Shown here piece after piece: positions 1 through 9,435 of a stretch of 64,000 nt of DNA. The stretch comes from Dehalococcoidia bacterium (GTDB lineage Bacteria; Chloroflexota; Dehalococcoidia; Lucifugimonadales; UBA2985): assembly GCA_034421015.1 (NCBI GenBank), contig DAOUKT010000037.1, positions 94,096-158,095 on the forward strand, read 5' to 3'. Each line of letters begins with the position of its first letter. Position 1 is the stretch's first letter. The notes under the pieces are model-generated. The model was not told the origin of the DNA and did no database searches. It saw only the letters and a program-made list of their open reading frames with translations. The position numbers and the translations under genes are program-made.

Positions 1-277
1 AGTGGTAATCGACGAGATCAACGTCGTACACGTCCCCAGCTTCAAAGCTAAAGGTGATCCGCCAGTTGCCAGAAATCGAAATGCTCCACAATCCTCTCAG
101 GTCCCCTCTGAGTGGATGCAGCCTGTATCCCGGCAGATCGAGATCGCTCGGCTTGCCGGCGGCATCCAGGTCCGCCAGGGCGAGAGCTATGCGGTCCAAT
201 TGATCGGCGGCTATCCCGCTGGGGTCGTCTCGCTCATAGAGCCGCCTCAACCCTCGATGGCGAAACGAGCGGATCAT
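1..277 (-). CDS. higB: HigB-family (RelE/ParE superfamily, killer-protein type) type II toxin; ATG at 277..275, 92 codons, stop codon runs off the left window edge
   Basis: Own minus-strand translation; it is absent from the ORF track because there is no stop in the window: MIRSFRHRGLRRLYERDDPSGIAADQLDRIALALADLDAAGKPSDLDLPGYRLHPLRGDLRGLWSISISGNWRITFSFEAGDVYDVDLVDYH. Same length, MI.SF start and C-terminal WRI.F...G.YDV.IVDYH signature as the HigB at 62973..63251. The partner antitoxin would lie left of the window. Confidence 0.75.
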   Translation of the reverse strand, partial: MIRSFRHRGLRRLYERDDPSGIAADQLDRIALALADLDAAGKPSDLDLPGYRLHPLRGDLRGLWSISISGNWRITFSFEAGDVYDVDLVDYH

Positions 278-342
278 GTGCTGATTATACCGCGTGCCGG
301 TACAGCTATCAACAGATTCGTCAATCTACCCCATACCAACAC

Positions 343-367
343 CCCCGTTTCAAGTACGGGGCAGGCT
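343..367 (-). repeat. Copy of the 25-nt GC-rich hairpin module A (agcctgccccgtacttgaaacgggg on the minus strand)
   Basis: The reverse complement matches the modules at 37216, 37314, 38524, 49938 and 50418. Stem is ccccgt/acgggg. Intergenic, between higB and the UPF0104 gene. Confidence 0.7.
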
Positions 368-481
368 TCGCAGGGGTGGTTAGTCGATGGTAGGGATGTT
401 TGCCTCCCGTATTGTCCTCTACCCCTTGCGTAGTTATACTGGTTCAACTGCAACCATAGCTGTGAGCACGGAGCCCCACTT

Positions 482-1561
482 TTGCACAAGTCCTTTCGAT
501 TCTGGCTTGCCATAGGGATAAGCGTTCTTTTCCTGGGCATCTTCCTGTCCCGCCTGGACCTGCGCGATACGTGGGAGCACATTGGAGAGGCCAATTACTT
601 TTTACTGGCCCCGGCCATCATTGTCTACTTCGGCTCCGTCTACTTCCGGACCCTGCGATGGCAGTACCTCCTTGCGCCGGTGAAAAAGCTGCGCGTCCAG
701 CGGCTCTACCCGGTGGTTGTCGTGGGGTACATGGCCAACAACATACTGCCGGTGCGGTTGGGGGAAGTGGTGAGGGCCTACTACGTGGGGGAGCGGGAGA
801 ACGTCAGCAAGGTCTCCGCCCTTGCGACGATAGCCGTTGAGCGCGTTTTCGACGGCCTTACGTTGCTGTTTTTCGCCGCCGTCGTTGGCGCGTTCCTGCC
901 GCTGGCGGGCGTCCTTCAGGGGCTGGCGGACAAGGCGGGCGTCCCCTGGGTCCTCCTGGCCCTGGCGATGTCCCTGCCCTTCGCAGGCGTGCTGCTTTTC
1001 ATGGTCGCCGCGGCGATGTCACCCCCCTGGTTCGTGGTCCTTCTGGACAGGACGACGGGAATGCTGCCCGGCCGGATCAGGGACAGGGTGAGGGGGCTGA
1101 TAAACGTATTCATCGCCGGGCTTGCGTCCCTGAAAGACCCCCGCCGCCTGGCGGTGGTGTTCCTGTTGTCCCTCCCGGTCTGGCTGATGGAGGCCCTGAT
1201 GTACTACATCGTCGCCTTCTCCTTCGACCTGCAGAACACCTTCGGGCTGGCAGAGCTTGCAGGTGTAATACTGCTGGTCACCGCTGTCTCAAACCTGGCC
1301 ACGTCCATTCCGGCGGCCGGTGGCGGCGTGGGCGCATTCGAGGTTGCGGCAGCCGCCACGCTTGAAGTGCTGGGGGCGGATGCCTCTGCGGCCGGCGCGT
1401 ACACCATTGTCGTGCACGCGGCCCTGCTCCTGCCGGTCACCCTTCTGGGGTTTGTCTTCCTGTGGGCGGATAAGGTGTCCTTCGGGCAGCTCACGCGAGA
1501 CAGCCGGATGCAGACCTCGCCGCTGGCGTACCCGGCTCCGGGAGCGGAGGAGTCTCGATGA
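482..1561 (+). CDS. Multi-pass membrane protein, lysylphosphatidylglycerol-synthase TM-region / UPF0104 (flippase-like) family
   Basis: 359 aa, hydrophobic throughout. The N-terminus (LDLRDTWEHIGEANYFLLAPAIIVYFGSVYFRTLRWQYLL) is typical of this family. Non-ATG (TTG) start. Its stop overlaps the next gene start (ATGA at 1558). Confidence 0.6.
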   Translation: MHKSFRFWLAIGISVLFLGIFLSRLDLRDTWEHIGEANYFLLAPAIIVYFGSVYFRTLRWQYLLAPVKKLRVQRLYPVVVVGYMANNILPVRLGEVVRAYYVGERENVSKVSALATIAVERVFDGLTLLFFAAVVGAFLPLAGVLQGLADKAGVPWVLLALAMSLPFAGVLLFMVAAAMSPPWFVVLLDRTTGMLPGRIRDRVRGLINVFIAGLASLKDPRRLAVVFLLSLPVWLMEALMYYIVAFSFDLQNTFGLAELAGVILLVTAVSNLATSIPAAGGGVGAFEVAAAATLEVLGADASAAGAYTIVVHAALLLPVTLLGFVFLWADKVSFGQLTRDSRMQTSPLAYPAPGAEESR

Positions 1562-2886
1562 AGGTCGGCATCATTGGCGCGGGCGCGGCCGGGCTGGCGG
1601 CGGCCTACACCCTGGGCAAGGCGGGACACCAGGCGTCGGTCTACGAGGGCGCGCCGTTCCTGGGAGGGCAGGCGTCCACCTTCGACGTGGGCGGCGGGCG
1701 GCTGGAGAGGGGATACCACCACCTTTTCACAAGCGACACGGATATCGTCGACCTGGTCCACGAGATAGGCCTGGGCCACCAGATGGCCTGGATCGAGTCC
1801 AAGGTGGGCATCTTCTACGGCGACAGGATTTACAACTTCGTCACGCCCAAGGACCTGCTGAAGTTCACGCCCCTGAGCCTGATAGACCGCTTCAGGCTGG
1901 GGCTGGTCACCCTGTACCTGCGCAGGTACAAGAACTGGCGAAAACTGGAGCCTTTTGTGGCCTCGGACTGGATCCGGAAGTACGCCGGCAAGGGCGTCTA
2001 CGACGTGGTTTGGGGCCCGCTGCTCAGGGGCAAGTTCGGGGCGCACTTCGACAAGGTTGGGATGCCCTGGTTCTGGGGCAAGATACAGACGCGCTTCGCC
2101 TCAAGAGGCAAGGGGCTGAAGGGAATGCAGCGGGAGCGTCTGGGCTACCCCATGGGCAGCTTCGCGGAGATTTTCGAGGTGCTGGCGGAGCGAATCGAAG
2201 AGCAGGGCAGCGAGGTGAATCTCTCGACGCCGGTCAGGTCCATCGCCGTGGAGGACAACCGGGCCGTGGGCCTTGAGCTGACAAACGCCGAGGGCGGCCC
2301 AGACGTCCGTCCCTTCGATGCCGTGCTCGCCACGACCCCGTCCTACGTGTTCCCAAGGCTTGTGCCGTCGCTGCCACAGGACTACCTGGAGAAGCTCCAG
2401 AACGTGACCTACCTGTCGGCCGTGCTGGTCATACTGGTGCTGAAGGAGCCGCTGTCGAACATCTACTGGCTGAACATTGCCGACCGCGAAATCCCATTTG
2501 TGGGCCTGATTGAGCAGACCAACTTCGTCGACCCGTCGCTGTATGGGGGCAAGCACATCCTGTACATCTCCAACTACCTGGGCGAGGACAGCCCCCTGTT
2601 CCACATGTCGGAGCAGGAGCTTCTTGACGAGTACACGCCGCACCTGAAGAAGATCAACCCCCGCTTCGATCCGTCCTGGATCGAGGAGTGGCACTATCAC
2701 AAGGTTGCGGCGGCCCAGCCGATAATCGGGACTAACTACTCGCAGCAGATACCCGACCACCGCACGCCCATCAAAGACCTGTACCTGGCGAACACGACCC
2801 AGGTGTACCCGGAGGACCGGGGCACCAACTACAGCGTGCGCATGGGCAAGCAGGTGGCCGACATGATCATGTCGGACCTGGGATAG
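1558..2886 (+). CDS. NAD(P)/FAD-dependent oxidoreductase (amine-oxidase / phytoene-desaturase-like)
   Basis: N-terminal Rossmann dinucleotide motif MKVGIIGAGAAGLAAAYTL...YEGAPFLGGQ. 442 aa. Translationally coupled to the upstream membrane protein. Confidence 0.7.
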   Translation: MKVGIIGAGAAGLAAAYTLGKAGHQASVYEGAPFLGGQASTFDVGGGRLERGYHHLFTSDTDIVDLVHEIGLGHQMAWIESKVGIFYGDRIYNFVTPKDLLKFTPLSLIDRFRLGLVTLYLRRYKNWRKLEPFVASDWIRKYAGKGVYDVVWGPLLRGKFGAHFDKVGMPWFWGKIQTRFASRGKGLKGMQRERLGYPMGSFAEIFEVLAERIEEQGSEVNLSTPVRSIAVEDNRAVGLELTNAEGGPDVRPFDAVLATTPSYVFPRLVPSLPQDYLEKLQNVTYLSAVLVILVLKEPLSNIYWLNIADREIPFVGLIEQTNFVDPSLYGGKHILYISNYLGEDSPLFHMSEQELLDEYTPHLKKINPRFDPSWIEEWHYHKVAAAQPIIGTNYSQQIPDHRTPIKDLYLANTTQVYPEDRGTNYSVRMGKQVADMIMSDLG

Positions 2887-2903
2887 GGAAGGGAAGGACC
2901 GCC

Positions 2904-3491
2904 TTGCGAATAGGCCTCATATCTGACACCCACGTTCCGGGCGGCGCGACGGAGGTTCCGCCGCAGGTGGTCACGGCCTTCGAGGGCGTTGATCTCATAC
3001 TTCACGCCGGGAACATCTATCGTACCTACACGCTGGACTGGCTGGAGCGCATTGCGCCGGTGAGGGCTGCCGGGGCCATCTACGGCGACCGCATGGAGAC
3101 GCCAACGGCCCACGCGATGGAGTGCGCCGGAGACCCCAGGGTCGCGCAACAGCAGGTGATGGACCTGGAGGGCCACAGGTTGGGAGTGGTGAACAACCTG
3201 CTCATGGACGGCTTCAATGACGAGCTGCTGCCGGGGATCATTGCGGCCCACAACCTGCCGGAGGGCGCGCTAACCGCCAGGGTGGAGGAGTATTTCGGCG
3301 CGGCGCTGGACGTGGTGGTGTTCGGCCGGACGCTGCACGCGCTTGTGGAGGAGCACGAAGGGATGCTTTTCGTCAACCCCGGAAGCCCGTCGCTGCCGCG
3401 GCAGATGCGCAGGCTGGGGTCGGTGGCAATTCTGGAGCTGACGCCGGGGAAGCGCGAGGCGTGGCTGGTGGACCTGCGGGAGGTTGGGTAG
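2904..3491 (+). CDS. YfcE/MJ0936-type metallophosphoesterase
   Basis: MRIGLISDTHVPGG start, HAGNI and a C-terminal FVNPGSPSLPR motif, typical of small calcineurin-like phosphodiesterases. TTG start. Confidence 0.7.
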   Translation: MRIGLISDTHVPGGATEVPPQVVTAFEGVDLILHAGNIYRTYTLDWLERIAPVRAAGAIYGDRMETPTAHAMECAGDPRVAQQQVMDLEGHRLGVVNNLLMDGFNDELLPGIIAAHNLPEGALTARVEEYFGAALDVVVFGRTLHALVEEHEGMLFVNPGSPSLPRQMRRLGSVAILELTPGKREAWLVDLREVG

Positions 3492-3598
3492 GGGGTCATT
3501 TTGCTCTCGCGATACCCCCTGTTCAATACGGGCCAAGGCTATTGAACCATCCATCGCCTTGTGCTAACATCCGCATAGTTAGAAAATTCACGAGGTCT

Positions 3599-4108
3599 AT
3601 GCATATCGTGAACGACAATGGCGGCCTGAGAGAGCAGGTTAGGGGCGCCCTGGCTAATCAGTCGGCCAGGACAGTCACCGTTCTTTCCTCTCTCCTGGCT
3701 ATTGAGGACGAGATAGGCTACATACCCACCGAGGCCATCGAAGAGGTGGCCACCTTCACCAACACCACGGTCAACGACGTGTGGGGCGTAGCTTCCTTCT
3801 ACACCAACTTCCGGTTCACTCCTCCCAACGAGCACGTGGTCGAGGTGTGCTGGGGCCCCACCTGCCACCTGCTGGGGGCGATGGAGCTTCTCCAGTCCGT
3901 CCTCCAGTCCCTGGGCCTCTCCGAGGAGGGGGACACGCCGGACGGCAAGGTATCCCTGAAGTACAACACCTGCCTGGGCGCATGCGCCCAAGGCCCCGTG
4001 GTGCGCATAGACGACAGGATTCTGGGGCCCCAGGCCCTGGCCGGCAGCGGTGAGCCGATGGCCCAGGGCGTCACGGACATGATCAGCAACCTCAGGAACG
4101 GGGGGTAG
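3599..4108 (+). CDS. NuoE-like [2Fe-2S] thioredoxin-fold subunit (FdsG/HoxE-like)
   Basis: ATG at 3599 inside ORF 3461..4108. Cys pattern CWGPTCHLLG ... CLGACAQGP (C-x4-C ... C-x3-C) as in NuoE. First gene of an E-F-G-like trio. Confidence 0.8.
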   Translation: MHIVNDNGGLREQVRGALANQSARTVTVLSSLLAIEDEIGYIPTEAIEEVATFTNTTVNDVWGVASFYTNFRFTPPNEHVVEVCWGPTCHLLGAMELLQSVLQSLGLSEEGDTPDGKVSLKYNTCLGACAQGPVVRIDDRILGPQALAGSGEPMAQGVTDMISNLRNGG

Positions 4109-4119
4109 ACTCGGACGTC

Positions 4120-5865
4120 ATGGCCGGCTACGAGGAGATCCAGCAAGAGGCGCAGCGGCGCTACCAGGAGCTTGAGGCCGGCGACAGGCCGTGGATACGC
4201 GTGGGCACGGCGGTGCACGGAGAGGCGGCGGGCGCGATGGACGTGATGGAGGCCTTCCGCTCCCAGCTTGAAAGCCGTGGCATAGCCGCGAACGTGAGCG
4301 GAGTTGGAGACCTTGGGCTGAGCTTCGCCGAGCCTCTGGTGGACATCAAGAAGCCCGGCGGCCCCCGTATCTTCTACAAGAACGTCTCCCCGGGCCAGGT
4401 CTCGGAGCTTATCGATTCCTGCGTGGCCGGAGACGACCCCCGGCCGGACCTGGCCCTTGGCACGCTGGGACCCGAAACGGTCGCCGGCATACCCAGGCTG
4501 GAGGACCACCCCATGTGGGCCCGCCAGGTGCGGGTCGCCATGCGCAACTGCGGCCACATCGACCCCCTTGACATCTACCAGTACATCGCCAACGGCGGCT
4601 ACTCGGCCCTGGCCAAGGCTGTCTCTCAGATGGAACCCCAGGACGTCATCCAGGAGATCCAGACTTCGGGGCTGCGGGGCAGGGGAGGAGCGGCCTTCCC
4701 CACCGGCACCAAGTGGAGCTTCATCGCCCGCTCTCCCGGCCCGGTCAAGTACATCCTCTGCAACTGCGAGGAGGGCGACCCGGGCGCGTACAACGACAAG
4801 GGCATTCTGGAAAGCGACCCCCACTCGCTGATCGAGGGCGTCACGCTGGCCGGGTACGCAACCGGCTCCAGCAACGGCATAGTCTTCATACGCCACGGCC
4901 ACCACGGGCCCATCGAGAGGACCGAGCGGGCCATTGAGCAGGCATACGAGCTTGGCCTGCTGGGCGAGAACATCCTGGGCTCCTCCTTCAGCTTCGACGT
5001 GGAGGTATCCCTCACGGGCGAGTCCTACGTAGCAGGAGAGGAGACTGCCCTGATGGAGTCCATTGAGGGCAAGCGCGCCATGCCCAGGTACCGGCCGCCG
5101 TTTCCGGCCCAGGCTGGCGTGTGGCAGCTTCCCAGCAACATCAACAACATCAAGACCCTCTCCTACGTGCCTGAGATAATCGCAAGGGGCGGGGAGTGGT
5201 TCGCCGGAATCGGCACCGAGAGCAGCAAGGGCACGGCAATCCTCTGCCTGTCCGGGAATATCGCCATGCCCGGCATGGTGGAGGTGCCAATGGGCATCAC
5301 CCTCCGGGAGGTCATCGACGAGGTGGTCGGGGGCGTTCCGGGCGGAAGGCGGGCCAAGTTCCTCCAGACGGGAGGCCCCCTCGGAGGCGTCCTTTCGGCA
5401 GACCAGATCGATATACCCCTGGACTTCGACGCCATGCAGCGCGCCGGCGCAATCCTCGGCTCCGGCGGAATCATAATCGCCGACGACCGGGCGTGCGCCG
5501 TGGACATGACGCGCCTGCTTATAGCCTTCTGCCAGTACGAGTCGTGCGGCAAGTGCTTCCCGTGCCGCCTGGGCATGACCAACCTTCTGGAAATCCTGGA
5601 GCGAATCACCACGTTCCGGACCAGACCAGGCGACATGGAGCTCATGCGCACGGTCGGTCAGAACATGGCCTCGGCCTCCCTCTGCGGGCACGGGCAGCTG
5701 GGATGGAACCCCGTGCAGTCGGCCCTGCAGTATTTCCCTGAAGACTTCGCCGCACACATAGAGGAGGGCAGATGCCCGACGGGCCAGTGCAACGGCCCCG
5801 TCTTCACTCCCCAGCGCACGAGGCCCCGCTGGACCTCGGCACAGCCTCTGGAAATCCGCATTTAA
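4120..5865 (+). CDS. NuoF-like NAD(H)/FMN/[4Fe-4S] flavoprotein subunit (FdsB/HoxF-like) with an N-terminal thioredoxin-like extension
   Basis: GLRGRGGAAFPTGTKW (FMN site) and ESCGKCFPCRLG (N3 cluster). 581 aa. Confidence 0.85.
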   Translation: MAGYEEIQQEAQRRYQELEAGDRPWIRVGTAVHGEAAGAMDVMEAFRSQLESRGIAANVSGVGDLGLSFAEPLVDIKKPGGPRIFYKNVSPGQVSELIDSCVAGDDPRPDLALGTLGPETVAGIPRLEDHPMWARQVRVAMRNCGHIDPLDIYQYIANGGYSALAKAVSQMEPQDVIQEIQTSGLRGRGGAAFPTGTKWSFIARSPGPVKYILCNCEEGDPGAYNDKGILESDPHSLIEGVTLAGYATGSSNGIVFIRHGHHGPIERTERAIEQAYELGLLGENILGSSFSFDVEVSLTGESYVAGEETALMESIEGKRAMPRYRPPFPAQAGVWQLPSNINNIKTLSYVPEIIARGGEWFAGIGTESSKGTAILCLSGNIAMPGMVEVPMGITLREVIDEVVGGVPGGRRAKFLQTGGPLGGVLSADQIDIPLDFDAMQRAGAILGSGGIIIADDRACAVDMTRLLIAFCQYESCGKCFPCRLGMTNLLEILERITTFRTRPGDMELMRTVGQNMASASLCGHGQLGWNPVQSALQYFPEDFAAHIEEGRCPTGQCNGPVFTPQRTRPRWTSAQPLEIRI

Positions 5866-5873
5866 GGAGAACT

Positions 5874-8702
5874 ATGGTCGCTGAACTCAGCCTGGTCATT
5901 GACGGTCAGGAAGTAAGGACCCAACCCGGCAAAACGGTCATACAGGCGGCCATGGACGCTGGGCTCTACATCCCGTACCTCTGCTACTACCCGGGCATGA
6001 AGCCCTACGGCGCGTGCCGGATGTGCGTGGTGGAGATTGAGAACACCCGGGGCACACCCGCATCGTGCACAACGCCTGCCGCCGATGGCCAGGTGATCTG
6101 GACTAACACGCCCCAGATCCAGGAGCTTCGCAAGGGAATAACCGAGCTTGTCATATCGGAGCACCCCCACGGCTGCCTCACCTGCCACCGCATCGAGCTG
6201 TGCGGCCCACAGGACGTCTGCCTGCGGCACGTCTCCGTGACCGACCGGTGTGTTGCCTGCCCCAAGAACGAGCGGTGCGAGCTCAAGGACACGACTATCT
6301 ACGTGGGCACGGGCCTCAACACGCCCCTGGACTACAAGTACCGCACCCTGCCGGTTGAGAGCAAGGACCCCTTCTACGACATGGACTACAACCTGTGCAT
6401 CGTCTGCGGCCGCTGCGTAAGGGCCTGCGAGGAGATACGGGTTGACAGCGCAATCACCTTCACCGAGAGGGCGGGAGTCTCTCTTGTGGGGCCTGCACAC
6501 GGTTCGTCCCTTCTGGAGTCAGGCTGCGAGTTCTGCGGCTCCTGCATCGACGTCTGTCCCGTGGGCGCGCTGGTGGAGACCGAGTACAAGTGGGAGAAGG
6601 CCGTGGAGCGCGTGTCCACAACCTGCCCCCACTGCCCGGTGGGCTGCCAGTTGAAGCTGGAGGTGAACAAGCGAGGCAAGGTGATCCGCGCCATCCCGGA
6701 CCTGGAGGCTGAGGCCAACCACGGCCAAGCGTGCTTCAAGGGCAAGTTCGGCTACGACTTCGTCAACAGCCGCGCCCGCCTCAAGACTCCCCTGATACGT
6801 CGCAACGGCGTTCTTGAGGAGGCGTCCTGGGAGGAGGCAATCGCGCTGGTGGCCGAGAGGCTCGGCCAGTACAAGGGCGACCAGTTCGCCGCCATCGCTT
6901 CCTACCGCGGCACCAACGAGGAGAACTACCTGCTGCAGAAGTTCACCCGCGTTGTCATGGGAACCAACAACGTAGATCACTCCTCCAACACCAAGCCTGA
7001 GATTGCCCGGCCCCTGGAGCAGACCCTGGGCTACCAGGCGGCCACCAACCCTATCTGGGACCTGGAAAACGCCAAAAGCATACTTGTGGTCGGAGCCAAC
7101 GCCACGGAGGAGCACAACGTCGCCGCGGTCCCGGTGAAGCGGGCCGTCAGGAACGGGGCAAAGCTCATTGTCATAGACCCGCGAGAGGTCGAGCTGACCC
7201 GGTACGCAACGATGTGGATGCGACCCGAGCCCGGTACCGACGTCGCCTTGATCGGCGGAATGCTGCGGGTGATTGTGGACGAGGTCATGGAGGACGAGGG
7301 CTTCCTGCGGGAGTCCTGCGACGGCCTCGACGCCCTCAAGAACTCACTGTGGCGCTTCGACCTGAAGAGGGTCCAGGACGTGACCGGCATCTCCGAGGAC
7401 GAAATCCGGGAGGCCGCGCGCACCTTCGCCCAGAACGGGCCGGGCGCCATTCTGTACGCCCTCGACACCGTCTCTGCCTCTTCCAGGGTGGACCTGGTGC
7501 AGGCGCTGTCCAACCTGGCGCTTATGACGGGCAACATCGGCAAGCCCCACGCGGGCCTGTACCCGCTGCGGCCCGGAACCAACGACCAGGGCTCCTGGGA
7601 CGTGGGCTGCGTGCCCGACCAGTTGCCCGGATACCTGGGGGTTGAGGAGTCGGCAAACATCAGCGAAGCCTGGGGCGCTGAGCTTCCCTCCGGCCCCGGC
7701 CTTGGAATCAACGATGTCTTCCAGGCAGCCTCCGACGGACGGGTGAAGGCGATGCTCGTTGTGGGGGACAGCCCCAACTTCGCCAACGGCCATATTGGAG
7801 ACGCCCTGCAGGCCGCCGGACAACTGGACTTCCTGGTTGTGCAGGACACCTTCCTCTCGGAGATTGCCCAGGCGGCGGACGTTGTGCTGCCTTCGGCCAC
7901 CTACGCCGAGAAGGAGGGCACCCTCACGAACCTTGAGAGGCGAGTCCAGCCCCTGCGGAAGGTGCTGGAGGTGAGCAACACCCAGGCAATGCCCGACTGG
8001 TGGACCATTTGCCAGATAGCCCAGGCCATGAACGCCCAGGGGTTCGATTACCACTGCCCGGCCCAGGTCCTTGAGGAGATCTCCCGAATTGTGCCAATGT
8101 ACGCCGGCATCTCATACCAGCGCCTCCTCGCCGGAGCGGGCGTGCTCCAGCCAGCGGGGTTCCCTCCCAGCCCGCTGCCCAGCCAGCTGTACCCCACAGA
8201 GGGCGGTCAGAACCAGGGTATCCAGTGGCCCTGCGACTCGTCGGACGACCCTGGCGCAGGCATCCTGTACAGCGAAGGCTCCGCAGACCGCAGGCACACC
8301 CTTGTGCCCATGGAGCTGAACGACGTCTCCGCAATGACCACGCCGGAGTTCCCCCTCCTCTTCCTGCCTGGACGGGTGCTCCAGCAGCCCCAGCGCGGCA
8401 TCGAGATAGAGGTTGTTAGCGACAAGAACCGCATCCAGCGGGACGAGATCATGGACATCCACCCATCCGACGCGGCCTCCCTTGGCATAGGGGAGGGGGA
8501 CTGGGTGGAAGCGACGTCGGCCCGGGAGCAGATCAGGGCGAGGGCCCGCATATCGGAGAGCGCCACGCCCAGGACCGTATCGGTCACCACCCTCTTCGGC
8601 GAGCTTGCAACCAGGCTGGAGGAGAGCGACGACCCGGATCCCATGTCCAAGGTCCCGACCCTGGACATGGCGCCGGTGAGGGTTGCCAAGTTAGAAAGCT
8701 AA
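5874..8702 (+). CDS. NuoG/FdsA-like Fe-S + molybdopterin-oxidoreductase-fold subunit (formate-dehydrogenase-alpha-like, but the active-site Cys/Sec-His is not recognisable)
   Basis: ATG at 5874 preceded by the aaggaga RBS; the ORF-track start at 5772 overlaps nuoF-like. N-terminal 2Fe-2S (CRMCVVEI), HPHGCLTCH and two ferredoxin-type 4Fe-4S motifs, then the CPHCPVGC...C cluster of the Mo-bisPGD fold. The motif TNNVDHSSNTKPE sits where FdhF/FdsA have NNVD..ARV(U/C)H. Confidence 0.8.
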   Translation: MVAELSLVIDGQEVRTQPGKTVIQAAMDAGLYIPYLCYYPGMKPYGACRMCVVEIENTRGTPASCTTPAADGQVIWTNTPQIQELRKGITELVISEHPHGCLTCHRIELCGPQDVCLRHVSVTDRCVACPKNERCELKDTTIYVGTGLNTPLDYKYRTLPVESKDPFYDMDYNLCIVCGRCVRACEEIRVDSAITFTERAGVSLVGPAHGSSLLESGCEFCGSCIDVCPVGALVETEYKWEKAVERVSTTCPHCPVGCQLKLEVNKRGKVIRAIPDLEAEANHGQACFKGKFGYDFVNSRARLKTPLIRRNGVLEEASWEEAIALVAERLGQYKGDQFAAIASYRGTNEENYLLQKFTRVVMGTNNVDHSSNTKPEIARPLEQTLGYQAATNPIWDLENAKSILVVGANATEEHNVAAVPVKRAVRNGAKLIVIDPREVELTRYATMWMRPEPGTDVALIGGMLRVIVDEVMEDEGFLRESCDGLDALKNSLWRFDLKRVQDVTGISEDEIREAARTFAQNGPGAILYALDTVSASSRVDLVQALSNLALMTGNIGKPHAGLYPLRPGTNDQGSWDVGCVPDQLPGYLGVEESANISEAWGAELPSGPGLGINDVFQAASDGRVKAMLVVGDSPNFANGHIGDALQAAGQLDFLVVQDTFLSEIAQAADVVLPSATYAEKEGTLTNLERRVQPLRKVLEVSNTQAMPDWWTICQIAQAMNAQGFDYHCPAQVLEEISRIVPMYAGISYQRLLAGAGVLQPAGFPPSPLPSQLYPTEGGQNQGIQWPCDSSDDPGAGILYSEGSADRRHTLVPMELNDVSAMTTPEFPLLFLPGRVLQQPQRGIEIEVVSDKNRIQRDEIMDIHPSDAASLGIGEGDWVEATSAREQIRARARISESATPRTVSVTTLFGELATRLEESDDPDPMSKVPTLDMAPVRVAKLES

Positions 8703-8729
8703 GGCCCGGCTAAATACGCTTCATTGGTA

Positions 8730-8762
8730 GGGGCGGTTCGCGCGAACCGCCCCTGTGTTTTT
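8730..8762 (+). terminator. Intrinsic terminator hairpin between convergent genes
   Basis: ggggcggttcg/cgcgaaccgcccc stem followed by tgtgttttt. Lies 28 nt after the fdsA-like stop and 9 nt from the vapC stop. Confidence 0.6.
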
Positions 8763-8770
8763 GCGCTCAG

Positions 8771-9178
8771 CTAGGCGGAGGCAACCTCCAGACCCTCCGC
8801 AATTGCAGCCTGTGCCAGCGTTGTGTCCAATGTAGCCAGCGGCGCGTCTTGCCTCCTGGCCAGTTCCAGGTACAAGGCATCGTAGAAGGACAGGCCGTGG
8901 GCCCTTGCCAGGCCAAAGGCTCTCTGGAGATCGGCTTCCCGGTCAGTGAGAATAGGCAGCCCTCTGAGGGAATCCAGACGCTCTGCGGTCTCAATCTCGG
9001 ACAACCGGCCCCGACGCTCCGCAACCAGCAAGGCGTTGCGCACTTCATAGTGCCAGAGTTGGGGCACTATGGCCTCATCCCGTCTAAGCAAAGCCAACAC
9101 TGAGGCAGCTCTTGGGTCCAACTCGTCGCCCATGAGCCAGTCGACGGCAACGGATGCATCCAGGACCAGGGGGCTCAT
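8771..9178 (-). CDS. vapC: PIN-domain toxin VapC
   Basis: 135 aa with PIN acidic positions: VLDASVAV, HYEVRNAL, FYDALYLELA, TLDTTL. Overlaps the upstream antitoxin by ATGA. Confidence 0.8.
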   Translation of the reverse strand: MSPLVLDASVAVDWLMGDELDPRAASVLALLRRDEAIVPQLWHYEVRNALLVAERRGRLSEIETAERLDSLRGLPILTDREADLQRAFGLARAHGLSFYDALYLELARRQDAPLATLDTTLAQAAIAEGLEVASA

Positions 9179-9426
9179 ATTCGATGTCCCTCGTGGCGCG
9201 CGGCCAGCGCTTCTTCGGGAGACATACCGGCGCTCCGCCAGACGGCTCTTCGTTGCAGAAAGCGGTCCACGGCTGCTTCGCGCTCCGCCCGGTCCTGAGC
9301 ATGGGCCGGTATCAAGTGGGCAATTGTCTTGCCGTGGCGAGTGATTGCAACGGTTTCGCCGCTCTCAACGCTCCGAAGGAGCTCGGCCAGTCGCGCCTTG
9401 GCCTCAGTCGCCTGAATCTCGCGCAT
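9175..9426 (-). CDS. Phd/YefM-family antitoxin
   Basis: 83 aa. MREIQATEAKARLAELLRSVESGETVAITRHGKTIAHLIP is the canonical Phd/YefM N-terminal fold. gaggtgg RBS upstream. Confidence 0.75.
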   Translation of the reverse strand: MREIQATEAKARLAELLRSVESGETVAITRHGKTIAHLIPAHAQDRAEREAAVDRFLQRRAVWRSAGMSPEEALAARHEGHRI

Positions 9427-9435
9427 AGCGCCACC

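Noticed and set aside
2-433. 143-aa + strand ORF at the window start
   Set aside because: Its first 277 nt are antisense to a clean HigB-family frame, and the remainder translates the palindromic repeat (..PVSSTGQA..).
3799-5757. 652-aa ORF on the minus strand
   Set aside because: It lies entirely antisense to the well-supported nuoF-like gene. The composition is Arg/Ala/Gly/Pro-rich and low-complexity, typical of shadow ORFs in high-GC DNA, and it has no recognisable motifs.
5772-5873. Upstream extension of the fdsA-like ORF (ORF-track start 5772)
   Set aside because: It overlaps the nuoF-like 3' end by 94 nt. An ATG with a strong aaggaga RBS at 5874 gives the conserved MV..L..(I/V)DG ferredoxin-fold N-terminus.
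5874-8702. Possible selenocysteine (in-frame TGA) in the formate-dehydrogenase-like gene
   Set aside because: The frame is open throughout with no internal TGA. The aligned Sec/Cys position is a Lys codon (aag 6993..6995).
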